Assembly (NCBI GenBank): GCA_031423495.1
Contig: JANPFP010000073.1
Coordinates: 36,968-100,967 of the forward strand
Length of the DNA: 64,000 nt
Source: Acidobacteriota bacterium
GTDB lineage: Bacteria; Acidobacteriota; Blastocatellia; RBC074
Reading direction: 5' to 3'
The position numbers were made by a program, and so were the translations under genes. Under the pieces are notes generated by a model, which ran no database searches, was not told where the DNA came from, and worked only from the letters and a program-made list of their open reading frames with translations. Position 1 is the first letter of the stretch; every line of letters starts with the position of its first letter. Positions 43,963 to 53,003 of the stretch are shown here, one piece after another.

Positions 43963-44691
43963 ATGGCGCAATCAAGCATTGAATGGACAGAAATGACTTG
44001 GAACCCCACCACGGGCTGCACAAAGATTTCGGCAGGTTGCAAGTTCTGCTATGCCGAAATTATGTCGAAGCGACTGAAAGCCATGGGAGTCGATAAATAC
44101 AAAGACGGATTCGAGGTACGAATACATCAAGATGCGTTAGATATTCCTTCAACATGGCGGTCATCAAAAATTGTATTTGTAAATTCAATGAGCGACTTGT
44201 TTCATAAAGACATCCCACTTGAGTTTATCCAGCAAGTCTTTGAAGTGATGAACAATAATCCGCAACATGTTTTTCAGGTTTTGACGAAAAGAGCAGAGCG
44301 GCTTTTTGAGATACATCCAAAGTTAAACTGGACTGCGAATATCTGGATGGGCGTTTCTGTTGAAGATGAAGCCGTCTTACATCGAATTGACTTCCTCAGG
44401 AAGACAAAGGCTAAAATAAAATTCCTTTCCTGTGAACCATTAATAGGCCCGCTACCAAATTTGAACCTTAAAAAGATTGACTGGGTTATCGTCGGAGGGG
44501 AAAGCGGGCAGAGTCCAAGACCAATGGAGCCTCAATGGGTGAACGATATTCAAAAACAGTGCGAAAACGCGGATGTGGCCTTTTTCTTTAAGCAGTGGGG
44601 CGGGCGAAACAAAAAGGCCAATGGGCGAGAACTAAATGGGAAAGCCTACGACCAAATGCCCAAGGCATACGCCGCTCAAATAACTGTTTAG
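43963..44691 (+). CDS. DUF5131 / phage Gp37-Gp68 family protein
   Basis: IEWTEMTWNPTTGCTKISAGCKFCYA, FVNSMSDLFH, LTKR, WVIVGGESG, FFFKQWGG. Confidence 0.93.
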   Translation: MAQSSIEWTEMTWNPTTGCTKISAGCKFCYAEIMSKRLKAMGVDKYKDGFEVRIHQDALDIPSTWRSSKIVFVNSMSDLFHKDIPLEFIQQVFEVMNNNPQHVFQVLTKRAERLFEIHPKLNWTANIWMGVSVEDEAVLHRIDFLRKTKAKIKFLSCEPLIGPLPNLNLKKIDWVIVGGESGQSPRPMEPQWVNDIQKQCENADVAFFFKQWGGRNKKANGRELNGKAYDQMPKAYAAQITV

Positions 44692-44773
44692 ATTTATTTC
44701 AGAATTTCAAGGTGTAAGCGGCAGCGGAAGTAGCGTTTGATTGACCTACCACTTATCGCCGAGTTGGCAGACA

Positions 44774-45046
44774 TCAGCCTTCGGCCAATTCGCCGTACGT
44801 AAGCTCAAGTTCCCTACCCTTGTCATCCACGATGGCTTTCCCGCCTTTTTCCAACTTGCCAAACAGAATCTCATTCGCCAGCGCCTCTTTGATTTTGGAT
44901 TGAATCAACCGCGCCATCGGACGCGCGCCGTTCAATCGGTCGTAGCCCTTCTCGGCCAGCCAGGTGCGGGTGGCGTCGGTGAGCGTGAGTGTGACGTTTT
45001 TATCGGTGAGTTGCGCGCGCAATTCGTTGATAAATTTGCCTACGAT
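44774..45046 (-). pseudogene. clpA: 3' fragment of clpA (C-terminal D2-small domain)
   Basis: IVGKFINELRAQL...WLAEKGYD..GARPMARLIQ..IKEALANEILFGKL; no AAA domains upstream. Confidence 0.85.
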
Positions 45047-45151
45047 TACGCGGCAAGAAAAGAAGATGAAGCGGCGGCGCTGACAACGGGAATGCAGGAA
45101 ATGTCAGAGCAGTTTAAGCAAGCGGGAGCGGAGTTGTATGTGAAGGCGTAG
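45043..45151 (+). pseudogene. thiC: Diverged duplicate of the thiC 3' end
   Basis: [35 protein letters not shown] versus 42660-42771. Confidence 0.92.
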
Positions 45152-45202
45152 TGCCAATTAGGCTGCGGACATTTTTGAGATACAAGCGCGGAAATTCTTT
45201 TT

Positions 45203-45274
45203 CCAACGCGGACAAGCCGGAACCAATAGATATTTTTGGTAAAGTATCTATTGGTTCCGGCTTGTCCACGTTGG
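45203..45274. repeat. Long near-perfect palindrome at a convergent junction
   Basis: CCAACGCGGACAAGCCGGAACCAATAGATA / TATCTATTGGTTCCGGCTTGTCCACGTTGG. Confidence 0.85.
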
Positions 45275-45284
45275 GTAGGTGGAA

Positions 45285-45716
45285 TCACTGGCGCGCTAAC
45301 ACGATGAGGTTGCCGTCAGGATCATTGACAACGTAACTCGCGCCTTGCGCTCTGACGCTGCCGCCAGCCGTGAGCAAGTTGCTTGTATGCGATTCGAGAT
45401 CATCACTTCGCAACGGTAACGTAACGCGGCGCGTACGATTTTTCGTTTTGGTTGGAATGACTTGCACCGTGGCGTTCAGCACTTCGCCTTGATAACTGCC
45501 TTCAACTGCTTGCCAGTCGGTGTTGAAAGCTGCGCTATAAAATTTCATCAGGGCTTCAGGTTGTTGGGTGAACAATCTGAACTGCACTGCGGGCAAGTTC
45601 GCGTTGGATGGTTGCGCGTTCGCCGCGTTAAACGCAGAGCCTTTCGTACGCGTAACGGAATAAGCGCCGATGACGAAATAGGCGACGAGCGCCAGTAAGA
45701 TCAAACTTTTTTTCAT
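45285..45716 (-). CDS. Exported VOC/glyoxalase-like protein
   Basis: Signal peptide, KFYSAAF, DPDGNLI; ATGA overlap. Confidence 0.7.
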   Translation of the reverse strand: MKKSLILLALVAYFVIGAYSVTRTKGSAFNAANAQPSNANLPAVQFRLFTQQPEALMKFYSAAFNTDWQAVEGSYQGEVLNATVQVIPTKTKNRTRRVTLPLRSDDLESHTSNLLTAGGSVRAQGASYVVNDPDGNLIVLARQ

Positions 45717-46450
45717 GGACAAACTCCTCCGGCGGGCGGCTGCCACAGTTCGATGCGGTTGCCTTCGCCATCAAGAATCCAGGCAAAGCGCCCGTATTCG
45801 CTGTCTTCACGTTTGTCATCAATCCAGACGCCTTCGGCGCGTAATTGCTCAAGCACTGCGTCAAGGTCGGCCACGCGATAGTTGAGCATGAAGCTCGCTT
45901 TGCTCGGCTCTATGTATTTGGTGTCTGCGTCGAAAATTGACCAGACGGTTTCGCCCATCTTTTGCGGATCGTCGTCTTCGCGCCATCGGAACGACGTACC
46001 GCCATAACTCGGATGAATGTTCAAACCGAAATGTACGCGATACCACTCGCGCAATTTCGGCGCATCTTTCGCTTTGAAAAAGATTCCGCCCAAGCCCGTC
46101 ACGCGCTGCAATCGCTGATAGGTCATCAGCGCGTAACCGGAACCCGCTTCCGCTTTGAGTTCAGCTGGAGCCTTGCCGTCAAAGCTGTAACAAACTTTCA
46201 AGGCGTCGCCTTCACGTTGAAAAATCGCGTGAATTGTGCGGCCTTGATTGGGGCCTTCGACGCCGGTGATTTCCAGTACGTGCGGCGTTACGGTTGTATT
46301 GATCGCCGTGCGTCCGGCATCGCGCGTGCCGTTGACGAAGGTGAGGTAAGTGTCAGCGGCTACGATCAATTTAGTTTGCGGCAACTTGTCATCGGTGACG
46401 ACTATGCCATTTAGCGTTAGGGCTGTGAGAGTCCAGGTTCCATCCAGCAT
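45713..46450 (-). CDS. TIGR03067-like domain fused to VOC/glyoxalase domain
   Basis: LDGTW...AIFQREGDALKVCY; RVTGLGGIFFK...GRFAWILDGEGNRIELWQP. Confidence 0.82.
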   Translation of the reverse strand: MLDGTWTLTALTLNGIVVTDDKLPQTKLIVAADTYLTFVNGTRDAGRTAINTTVTPHVLEITGVEGPNQGRTIHAIFQREGDALKVCYSFDGKAPAELKAEAGSGYALMTYQRLQRVTGLGGIFFKAKDAPKLREWYRVHFGLNIHPSYGGTSFRWREDDDPQKMGETVWSIFDADTKYIEPSKASFMLNYRVADLDAVLEQLRAEGVWIDDKREDSEYGRFAWILDGEGNRIELWQPPAGGVCP

Positions 46451-46473
46451 TGAGAACGCTCCTTGATTTTTTG

Positions 46474-46543
46474 GTAGGACAGGTTCGTAACCTGTCCGTC
46501 AATAAAACCCGCATAAGCCGGACAGGTTACGAACCTGCCCTAC
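46474..46543. repeat. REP doublet, GTAG family
   Basis: GTAGGACAGGTTCGTAACCTGTCCG ... CGGACAGGTTACGAACCTGCCCTAC. Confidence 0.85.
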
Positions 46544-46559
46544 TGAAATTGCAAAGGTG

Positions 46560-46600
46560 AAAAAGAAGTGAGAGAGAACGCGCAAAGCATTCTCTCTCAC
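46560..46600 (-). terminator. Intrinsic terminator
   Basis: GTGAGAGAGAA / TTCTCTCTCAC stem with T-rich tail on minus strand. Confidence 0.7.
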
Positions 46601-46769
46601 GCGAAGTTAAGCAAACCGACGCCGAACCAGTTGCCAGTTTGCCCAAGGCGGTCAATCAGTCAGTGTCTTTAAGATGTCCGGCAGCCGGACGTTCAGTCAC
46701 TAGCAAAACGCTAAAGGCCCTGTGATTGGCCTTTGCATAACTTCTGTTTTGCAAAGATCGGAGGGAGGT

Positions 46770-47333
46770 TTATTGAGGTGCGTGGTTGAGATTCATGCTT
46801 TTTTCAGCGCGACGTTCTTCGATCCACTCGCTGAGAACGCGCTCTAGCTCCGTACCCTGAAACTGTTGTTGCATGTCTTCCCATTTTTGCCGACCGATGT
46901 GCCCCAGGTGGCGACGATGGCGTTTCTTGCCGACGTAATAAACTTCGCGGCAATCCCAGCCTACGCCCTTTTGCACCCACTCAATGTTGACGCCTACGCG
47001 CGGCGGTTTCGTACCAGACAATGCGTTCATAGCTTTCTGAGCTTTCGGCGCAACAGGTTTACGCGCGATGGGGGCTGCGGCTTCAACTGGCGCGGCGGCA
47101 ACCGCTTGCGCCACCGATTCGCCATTGCTCACTACGGTCGTCGCGTTGTGAGGCGCGAACGTTGGCGAGCCAGGGCTAAAGCCACGCACGGTCGTTTCGG
47201 AAGCAGGGAAGTAACTACGTTCCTGATAAACAGGTTCGAGTTGGGTTGATGATTGTGCCGATGGGCCATACACGTCTGGCAACGCAACGTGCATCGTAGC
47301 GCGGAAGGAGTCTTCCGCCTGAGCCATCGGCAC
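46770..47333 (-). CDS. Hypothetical protein with basic C-terminal domain
   Basis: 187-aa ORF overlapping the upstream stop by 1 nt. Confidence 0.6.
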   Translation of the reverse strand: MPMAQAEDSFRATMHVALPDVYGPSAQSSTQLEPVYQERSYFPASETTVRGFSPGSPTFAPHNATTVVSNGESVAQAVAAAPVEAAAPIARKPVAPKAQKAMNALSGTKPPRVGVNIEWVQKGVGWDCREVYYVGKKRHRRHLGHIGRQKWEDMQQQFQGTELERVLSEWIEERRAEKSMNLNHAPQ

Positions 47334-48094
47334 TACGCTTTTCCCCGCGCTTCTCCGTATGGCAAGCGCCCGTTCGCGTATGCCGGCGCGTAAGCCTCGG
47401 TGTAACGATTGTTTCGCTGTTCGCGCGTTTGCAATTTCGCATCGAGCCGCGCACGCACGACGGCGGGCAGTTCGCCACGAACTTCATCAATCCATTCTTC
47501 GGCCATCGCTTCCGCAGTGATTTCGGCGATCAGCGTTTTGGTCGCGACCATCGTCGGATGAAGTAAGGCATCGCGACGCGCGTTGGTTTTGAATTCAGCG
47601 CGTTCGCCGCGTTCACGGCGTTCGAGCGATTGGCGACGGGCTTCGGGGTCTTGCGATTGCAGCCAAATGCCCAACCCCATTACCGCGACAGGGACGATGA
47701 CCATGCCCCAACGCAGATATTCCATCAGGTAAGGATTCAAGGTCGCCCCGGCCATCTGTTGCGCGAAATGGCATACGACGTTGATGGCGATGACGGCGAA
47801 AAGTCCAAGAATGCCGACGATGGCAGTGTGAATTTCGCGTTGCGTTTCATAAGTCGTCATCAGTCCTTTACGCAAAAGCAAAAGGACTCTTTCAATTGCG
47901 TAAACATACAACGTAGCGAGAACGACGCGCAGGACTGAGTGACGACCAGGAAAAAGCGAGTAAACAAGCACCCACGAAGCGATGCCGCAAAATACGGCAA
48001 TGCCGAGAATGGTGCGATCCCAGGCTTCGCGATGTTCTTTACGCGTGACGTCATCAATGACTTCGGCGGTCGTGGTTGGTTCTTTTGCTGACAT
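47333..48094 (-). CDS. Hypothetical 4-TM membrane protein with coiled-coil tail
   Basis: AAGGAG RBS, four hydrophobic segments, charged helical C-terminus. Confidence 0.7.
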   Translation of the reverse strand: MSAKEPTTTAEVIDDVTRKEHREAWDRTILGIAVFCGIASWVLVYSLFPGRHSVLRVVLATLYVYAIERVLLLLRKGLMTTYETQREIHTAIVGILGLFAVIAINVVCHFAQQMAGATLNPYLMEYLRWGMVIVPVAVMGLGIWLQSQDPEARRQSLERRERGERAEFKTNARRDALLHPTMVATKTLIAEITAEAMAEEWIDEVRGELPAVVRARLDAKLQTREQRNNRYTEAYAPAYANGRLPYGEARGKA

Positions 48095-48229
48095 GATTGA
48101 TCTCCTTAATAGTTGTTTAAGGACGCAGGCGACGTCAGTCGTGGTAATGGTTACGTGAGTTCGTGTGATTGCGCGACTAACGTCCCCTGCGTTCCTAACT
48201 GGTAAAAACTTTGGTTCGAGGGAAGAGGA

Positions 48230-49054
48230 CTAAGCCGCTGCCGCAAGACTTGCGTAACGGGTTTCGAGTTGTTGTACCAATGAGAACGTCGCGCCCTGTG
48301 GGTCGCTCAGCACCGCGCACCGTCCCAAGCCGGAAAAATTCGCAGGCGCGCTTTTGAGCTGTGCGCCTAATGTCATGGCGCGCTTGACGCTACGGTCGCA
48401 ATCTTCGACGGCGAAATAAGCCCGCCAATGCGATGAAGCCGTTGCGCCTTCGTGTTTTTGATCGAGTGGAATCAATCCGCCCGAAGGGTGTTCGCTGCGT
48501 TTGGGTTTGAACTTGGTATAAACGCGCGCTCCGGCGCTGACGGTTTGCACCTGCCAGCCAAACAGTTCGCCGTAAAACCGCTTGGCCGTATCGCAATCGC
48601 TACTGACAAGTTCCTGCCAGGCCAGCGACCCCGATTCGTTGATGACTTCAGCGCCGATGTGATCAAGCGCTTGCCACAACGCGATGCGTGCGCCCGTGGG
48701 GTCTTCGATGGCGGCGATGCGGCCTATGTCTTCGATGTCGCGCGGTTCGATCAACACCTTGCCGCCCAACGTGACTGCGTGTTGCGTCGTTTTGTTCACG
48801 TCCGGCGTAGCAACATACAACTGCCACGCGGGCGAGAATCCAGGGGGCGCTTCTTCTTCAAAGACCTCATAAACCGCACCGATGTCTTTGCCGTGCAATT
48901 GCAACATCGTGTAACAGTTCCCCTGACCGACGGGCATAAAGCTGCGCCGCCAGCCGAACATTTCTCCATAAAACCTGCTGGCTGCCGTCGCGTTGGTCGT
49001 ACCCAGTTCGATCCAACAAAACGTGCCTGCAACGTGTTTCGTGATTTCCGCCAT
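48230..49054 (-). CDS. Two-domain VOC family protein (CFP32-like)
   Basis: GTFCWIEL, FYGEMFGW, DPTGA; second repeat WQEL...DPQGATF. Confidence 0.9.
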   Translation of the reverse strand: MAEITKHVAGTFCWIELGTTNATAASRFYGEMFGWRRSFMPVGQGNCYTMLQLHGKDIGAVYEVFEEEAPPGFSPAWQLYVATPDVNKTTQHAVTLGGKVLIEPRDIEDIGRIAAIEDPTGARIALWQALDHIGAEVINESGSLAWQELVSSDCDTAKRFYGELFGWQVQTVSAGARVYTKFKPKRSEHPSGGLIPLDQKHEGATASSHWRAYFAVEDCDRSVKRAMTLGAQLKSAPANFSGLGRCAVLSDPQGATFSLVQQLETRYASLAAAA

Positions 49055-49147
49055 GATTTTGCTCTCCTTTGCTCTGTGAAATTTGCTGCTACTTGTGCCG
49101 TTGGCGAAATGAAATCATCTTGTCCCGTCAACGAAACGCTATTGGTC

Positions 49148-49268
49148 AAAAAAAGCCTGAAGCATAGGGTTGCCGAGCCTGGATCAGAACTGGCTCCGTC
49201 GCATGCAACAAGCGCAGGACGGGCGCAGTCCATAACCCAGGCTGAGGCATGTGCGATGATGCTTCAGG
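49148..49268 (-). ncRNA. Unassigned rod-like structured RNA or attenuator
   Basis: Nested stems, G-U pairs on minus strand, U7 after the closing stem. Confidence 0.5.
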
Positions 49269-49801
49269 AGGGAAAGGGCGTTAGCCGGTTTTCAAGCTGC
49301 TTCGTGGCGTGCGTTATCCCAAGCTGAATCGCGCTGCGAAACATCTAGTAATATGCAATATCCAAAAGGCTTTGACGTAGTTTTAGCCAAAGCTGTCGCT
49401 ACGTACTTTCTCGTCTAGCCGTGTGGCCTTTTGAGAAAAACCCTGAAAGCACAACGTCAGTGCGATTGAGCGATCAGCCGCTTTTTCGACTTACGCTGAC
49501 GTTATTGAATTGCTGTGTTGTAAAAGTGATGCAACTGATTTCTACGGCGAATTGCTTTTCTGCTTTGCGTTTCGTTCGTGAAACAGTGAGCGCATACTAC
49601 GCCAGCTTTGAGATGCAGGCAAGAGGTTTTTTAGAAAAAGTTTCGTCAATGCAACAATCGGAAAACGCGATGGCGATGTGCGCAAAAAATGTAGCGGGGA
49701 ACGGATTCAGCGTTAAGCTGCGATGCTTGCACCTGTTTATTCGCTGACAGTATGATGCCTGCACTTGTGACAGCTAGGGTTTACCGATAAGGCTAACAAC
49801 G

Positions 49802-51535
49802 ATGTTTTGCGCTACCTGCAATCTGGAATATCCCGATCACCTCAACTTCTGCCGGCGTTGTGGGCAGACGTTGGTGCGTGCGTTGGGCGAACGTGCGACT
49901 GAATCAGTCTGCTGCACACGTTGCGGCGCGCGTGTCATTCACGGAGAAAAGTTCTGCCAACACTGCGGTACGCGCGTGGGGGGCGCAGGGCAGGAAACCG
50001 TCGTAGGCCTTTGCCAGAACTGCAACACCTATTGGCGCAGCGGCTGGCAATACTGCAAAAGCTGCGGCGTAGACAGCGAACAAGCCTTGCAGCCCAACGC
50101 CACTCCAACGCACCAACAAAACGTAGCCAAAAGAAATACGCTCGAAACCGAAGTGCCTGATATGCGGGTTCCGTGCCCTTATTGTGAAGCCGCTACGCAA
50201 CCGTTCTCGCTGTTTTGCGATAACTGCGGCATGCGCATGGCGGCGGAAACGCCGAAAGAGTCAGCCGCTGTAAAAGTTCAGGAAGCAGAAAAAGCCGCGC
50301 CGGTTGAGGTGGCTGCGCGCGAAGACAATGATTCATTGAGCCGTTTGGATGACTTATTACTTGATGATCCGTTGGACGGCGCAAGCAAGAAGCCCGCTCC
50401 ATCAGTTTCGATAAGCGCGAGTGCCCGATCAGGCGTCGTCACTGAATCCGCTCGAACGCCGTCGCCGCTGCGTCTGGTTGAGAAACCGCGCGAGACAGAG
50501 TTTCTTACTGCGCCCAGTCAGCCCGTTCAGCCCGGTCAAATTGCCATCTTGCCGTTAGAACGCGCCGAAGCGAATGGCGCTGAAGTAACTAAGCCGCAAT
50601 CGTGGCGCGCTGCGGTGAGCCCTGTGGTGGAAACGGAACCGCCACCAAGTTATTCCGGTAAAACTGCCAAACCGGCTACACAACCGCTCTCGCTTTTTGT
50701 AGGGGAAGCAGGCCTTTCGCGTTGGTCGGGTTGGCACGTTCCGTTGTTGCTCGGCGGTGTATTACTCGGTTCGTTTTTGCTCGTTGGCATTTGGAGAAAA
50801 GCGCAATCCGTCAATCCTATTTTGCCAAGTGCCACACCTAAACCCGCTAACCAGCCGCTGATTAACACTGCGCCTTTAACGCCCGCTGGAATGGTTTACG
50901 TACCCGGCGGAAAGTTCGAGATGGGACGCAACGACGGCGTGCCGACGGAGCGTCCGTTGCGCACATTGGAACTAAAATCCTTTTTTCTCGACCGCACCGA
51001 AGTCACCAACCAACAATATCTGGCTTTTGTCGAAGCGACGGGACGCGCTGCGCCCAGTCACTGGCGCGCAGGCAAGCCCTTGCCCAACGAAGCGAATTTG
51101 CCTGTCGTGAATGTTGCTTGGGAAGAAGCCCGCGACTTTGCGCTGTGGGCGGGCAAGCGTTTGCCGACAGAAGAAGAGTGGGAATTCGCCGCACGCAGCA
51201 CGGATGGTCGGCTTTATCCGTGGGGCAATACGTGGGAGCCGAGCTTTGCTAATACGGCACAGAGCCAGTCCGGCAAAATCGTCGAAGTCGGACGCAATCT
51301 CGCTGGCACCAGTCCTTATGGCGTAGTGGATATGTGCGGCAATGTTTGGGAATGGACTTCCAGCCAGTTGCGCGCTTACGGCACGCAGGAGTTGCTGGAA
51401 GAAGGCGTGATGGTGATTCGCGGCGGAGCGTTTGATTCGCCGAAAGATTACGCGACCACGACGTATCGCGGCGCGGTGAAAACGGGCAAACCTTATCCCA
51501 AAACCGGATTTCGGTGCGCTAAAGACCTTCCGTGA
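49802..51535 (+). CDS. Multi zinc-ribbon + TM + FGE-sulfatase (SUMF1/EgtB/PvdO) domain protein
   Basis: Eight CxxC motifs; RLPTEEEWEFAAR, DMCGNVWEW, RGG, GFRC. Confidence 0.88.
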   Translation: MFCATCNLEYPDHLNFCRRCGQTLVRALGERATESVCCTRCGARVIHGEKFCQHCGTRVGGAGQETVVGLCQNCNTYWRSGWQYCKSCGVDSEQALQPNATPTHQQNVAKRNTLETEVPDMRVPCPYCEAATQPFSLFCDNCGMRMAAETPKESAAVKVQEAEKAAPVEVAAREDNDSLSRLDDLLLDDPLDGASKKPAPSVSISASARSGVVTESARTPSPLRLVEKPRETEFLTAPSQPVQPGQIAILPLERAEANGAEVTKPQSWRAAVSPVVETEPPPSYSGKTAKPATQPLSLFVGEAGLSRWSGWHVPLLLGGVLLGSFLLVGIWRKAQSVNPILPSATPKPANQPLINTAPLTPAGMVYVPGGKFEMGRNDGVPTERPLRTLELKSFFLDRTEVTNQQYLAFVEATGRAAPSHWRAGKPLPNEANLPVVNVAWEEARDFALWAGKRLPTEEEWEFAARSTDGRLYPWGNTWEPSFANTAQSQSGKIVEVGRNLAGTSPYGVVDMCGNVWEWTSSQLRAYGTQELLEEGVMVIRGGAFDSPKDYATTTYRGAVKTGKPYPKTGFRCAKDLP

Positions 51536-51562
51536 ATTTTTCTCCCCCATATCTTGATAGCC

Positions 51563-52921
51563 ATGCTTAATCATAATTTATTCATTTTTGTTTTAGTGCT
51601 TGGTTGTTGCGGCGCGGCTTATGCGCAAGATGCCAGCGGACGCGACACCGATAAAAAGGCTCCGGTCAAAGCGGCTACGCCGAAGCCTGCGCCAGTTAAG
51701 GCCGCAGTCATTCCTAAGCCTGTGTCCAAGTCCGTGAAAGCTGCGGCGAAACCCACCGTCGTGAAAAAGGCGAATCCGGCGAAGGTTGCGGTTAGCAAGC
51801 CTGTAACTGCACCAGTGAAGAAAACCCCGATTGTGACTGTGCCAACGACATCGCGCGTTACATTAACGGCTGCGCCCAATGCGCAAATCGAACTTGCCGG
51901 AAAGATGAGCGGCGTCGCTGGGCCTGACGGCAAGCTGGTTTTGAACGAGGTTCCGCTCGGTGTGCATTCGCTCAAAGTGACGGCGGACGGATATGAACCG
52001 TGGAGCGGTTCGCTCGAAGCCAAGACGGCTGCCACTGATTTCAACGTTGCGCTCAAGCGGCGCGCGACAACCGGCACATTGGTCATCACCGTCAATCAAC
52101 CCGGCGTAGACGTTTTCATCAACGACAAGCTGAGTGTGAAAAGTGTCGCTGGACGTTCGCTCACCGTCGAAGGGATGCTGCCCGGTACTCATCAACTGCG
52201 CGCGGTTAAGTCAGGATTCAAAGAATGGCGCAGTGTAGTTAAAGTCAACGTCGCCGAAACTCGTCCGGTTGAAATCGTCATGGTCGCGGGCATCAGCCCT
52301 GAACTGGTGCGCGTTGCTGCGGGTGAATTCACGATGGGCAACGACAAAGGGCCAAAAGATTCCAGTCCGGCACACGCGGTTTCGCTGGGTGAATTCGAAA
52401 TCTCGCGCCGCGAAATTTCGAATCAGTTTTATAAAGCCTTTCTCGAAGCGACGAATTACGCGGCCCCGAACCCGCAGCTTTCCGGCTGGCAGGGACGCGA
52501 CTTCCCCGCAGGTAAAGCCGATGCGCCGATGGTTGGCGTTACGTGGGATGACGCACAGGCTTTTTGCAAATGGCTTTCGCGCGAAGCGGGTGGCACTTAC
52601 CGCTTGCCCAGCGAAGCGGAATGGGAGCGCGCCACTCGTATTATCGGAAGCGTTAGTTTCTTGGTCGGCGTGACTTGGGAATGGTGTCAGGATTGGTACG
52701 ACGCTGAATACTATCAGCGCAAAGATCGCTTGAGTCCGCAAGGCCCTGCGTTAAAGCCAACCGTCAGCAAAGGGAGAACGCCTGCTGGCCGTGTGATTCG
52801 CGGCGGCGCATCTTCCGTGACCGGGCGCGTCCTGCGAGCATTCGAGCGTAACGCCGCTGCGCCTGAAGAAGGACGAAACGATATTGGTTTTCGCGTAGTG
52901 CGCGACGCCTCAAGCCGTTAG
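51563..52921 (+). CDS. Exported PEGA-repeat + FGE-sulfatase domain protein
   Basis: Signal peptide, Lys/Pro/Ala linker, two PEGA-like repeats, RLPSEAEWE, GFRVV. Confidence 0.85.
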   Translation: MLNHNLFIFVLVLGCCGAAYAQDASGRDTDKKAPVKAATPKPAPVKAAVIPKPVSKSVKAAAKPTVVKKANPAKVAVSKPVTAPVKKTPIVTVPTTSRVTLTAAPNAQIELAGKMSGVAGPDGKLVLNEVPLGVHSLKVTADGYEPWSGSLEAKTAATDFNVALKRRATTGTLVITVNQPGVDVFINDKLSVKSVAGRSLTVEGMLPGTHQLRAVKSGFKEWRSVVKVNVAETRPVEIVMVAGISPELVRVAAGEFTMGNDKGPKDSSPAHAVSLGEFEISRREISNQFYKAFLEATNYAAPNPQLSGWQGRDFPAGKADAPMVGVTWDDAQAFCKWLSREAGGTYRLPSEAEWERATRIIGSVSFLVGVTWEWCQDWYDAEYYQRKDRLSPQGPALKPTVSKGRTPAGRVIRGGASSVTGRVLRAFERNAAAPEEGRNDIGFRVVRDASSR

Positions 52922-52939
52922 GCGTATTGCTAAACCGAA

Positions 52940-52975
52940 AAGACCCGTGTGTTGAGATTTCAGCACACGGGTCTT
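52940..52975. terminator. Bidirectional terminator hairpin
   Basis: AAGACCCGTGTGTTGA / TCAGCACACGGGTCTT between convergent genes. Confidence 0.7.
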
Positions 52976-53003
52976 CGTCGTTTATCGTCAGCAAGTTTCT
53001 CTC

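Noticed and set aside
44741-45151. 136-aa plus-strand ORF as a gene
   Set aside because: It is the antisense of the clpA fragment joined to the duplicated thiC tail
46660-46760. c-di-GMP-I riboswitch (GCAAA and GGCTGCCG motifs)
   Set aside because: GNRA stem and GACGCAAAG core are not properly arranged
42864-48094. Prophage or integrative element
   Set aside because: No integrase, structural or replication genes; DUF5131 alone is not diagnostic
49421-49747. 108-aa ORF in the long intergenic region (and 30963-31289)
   Set aside because: No clear RBS or motif and atypical composition; more likely promoter DNA
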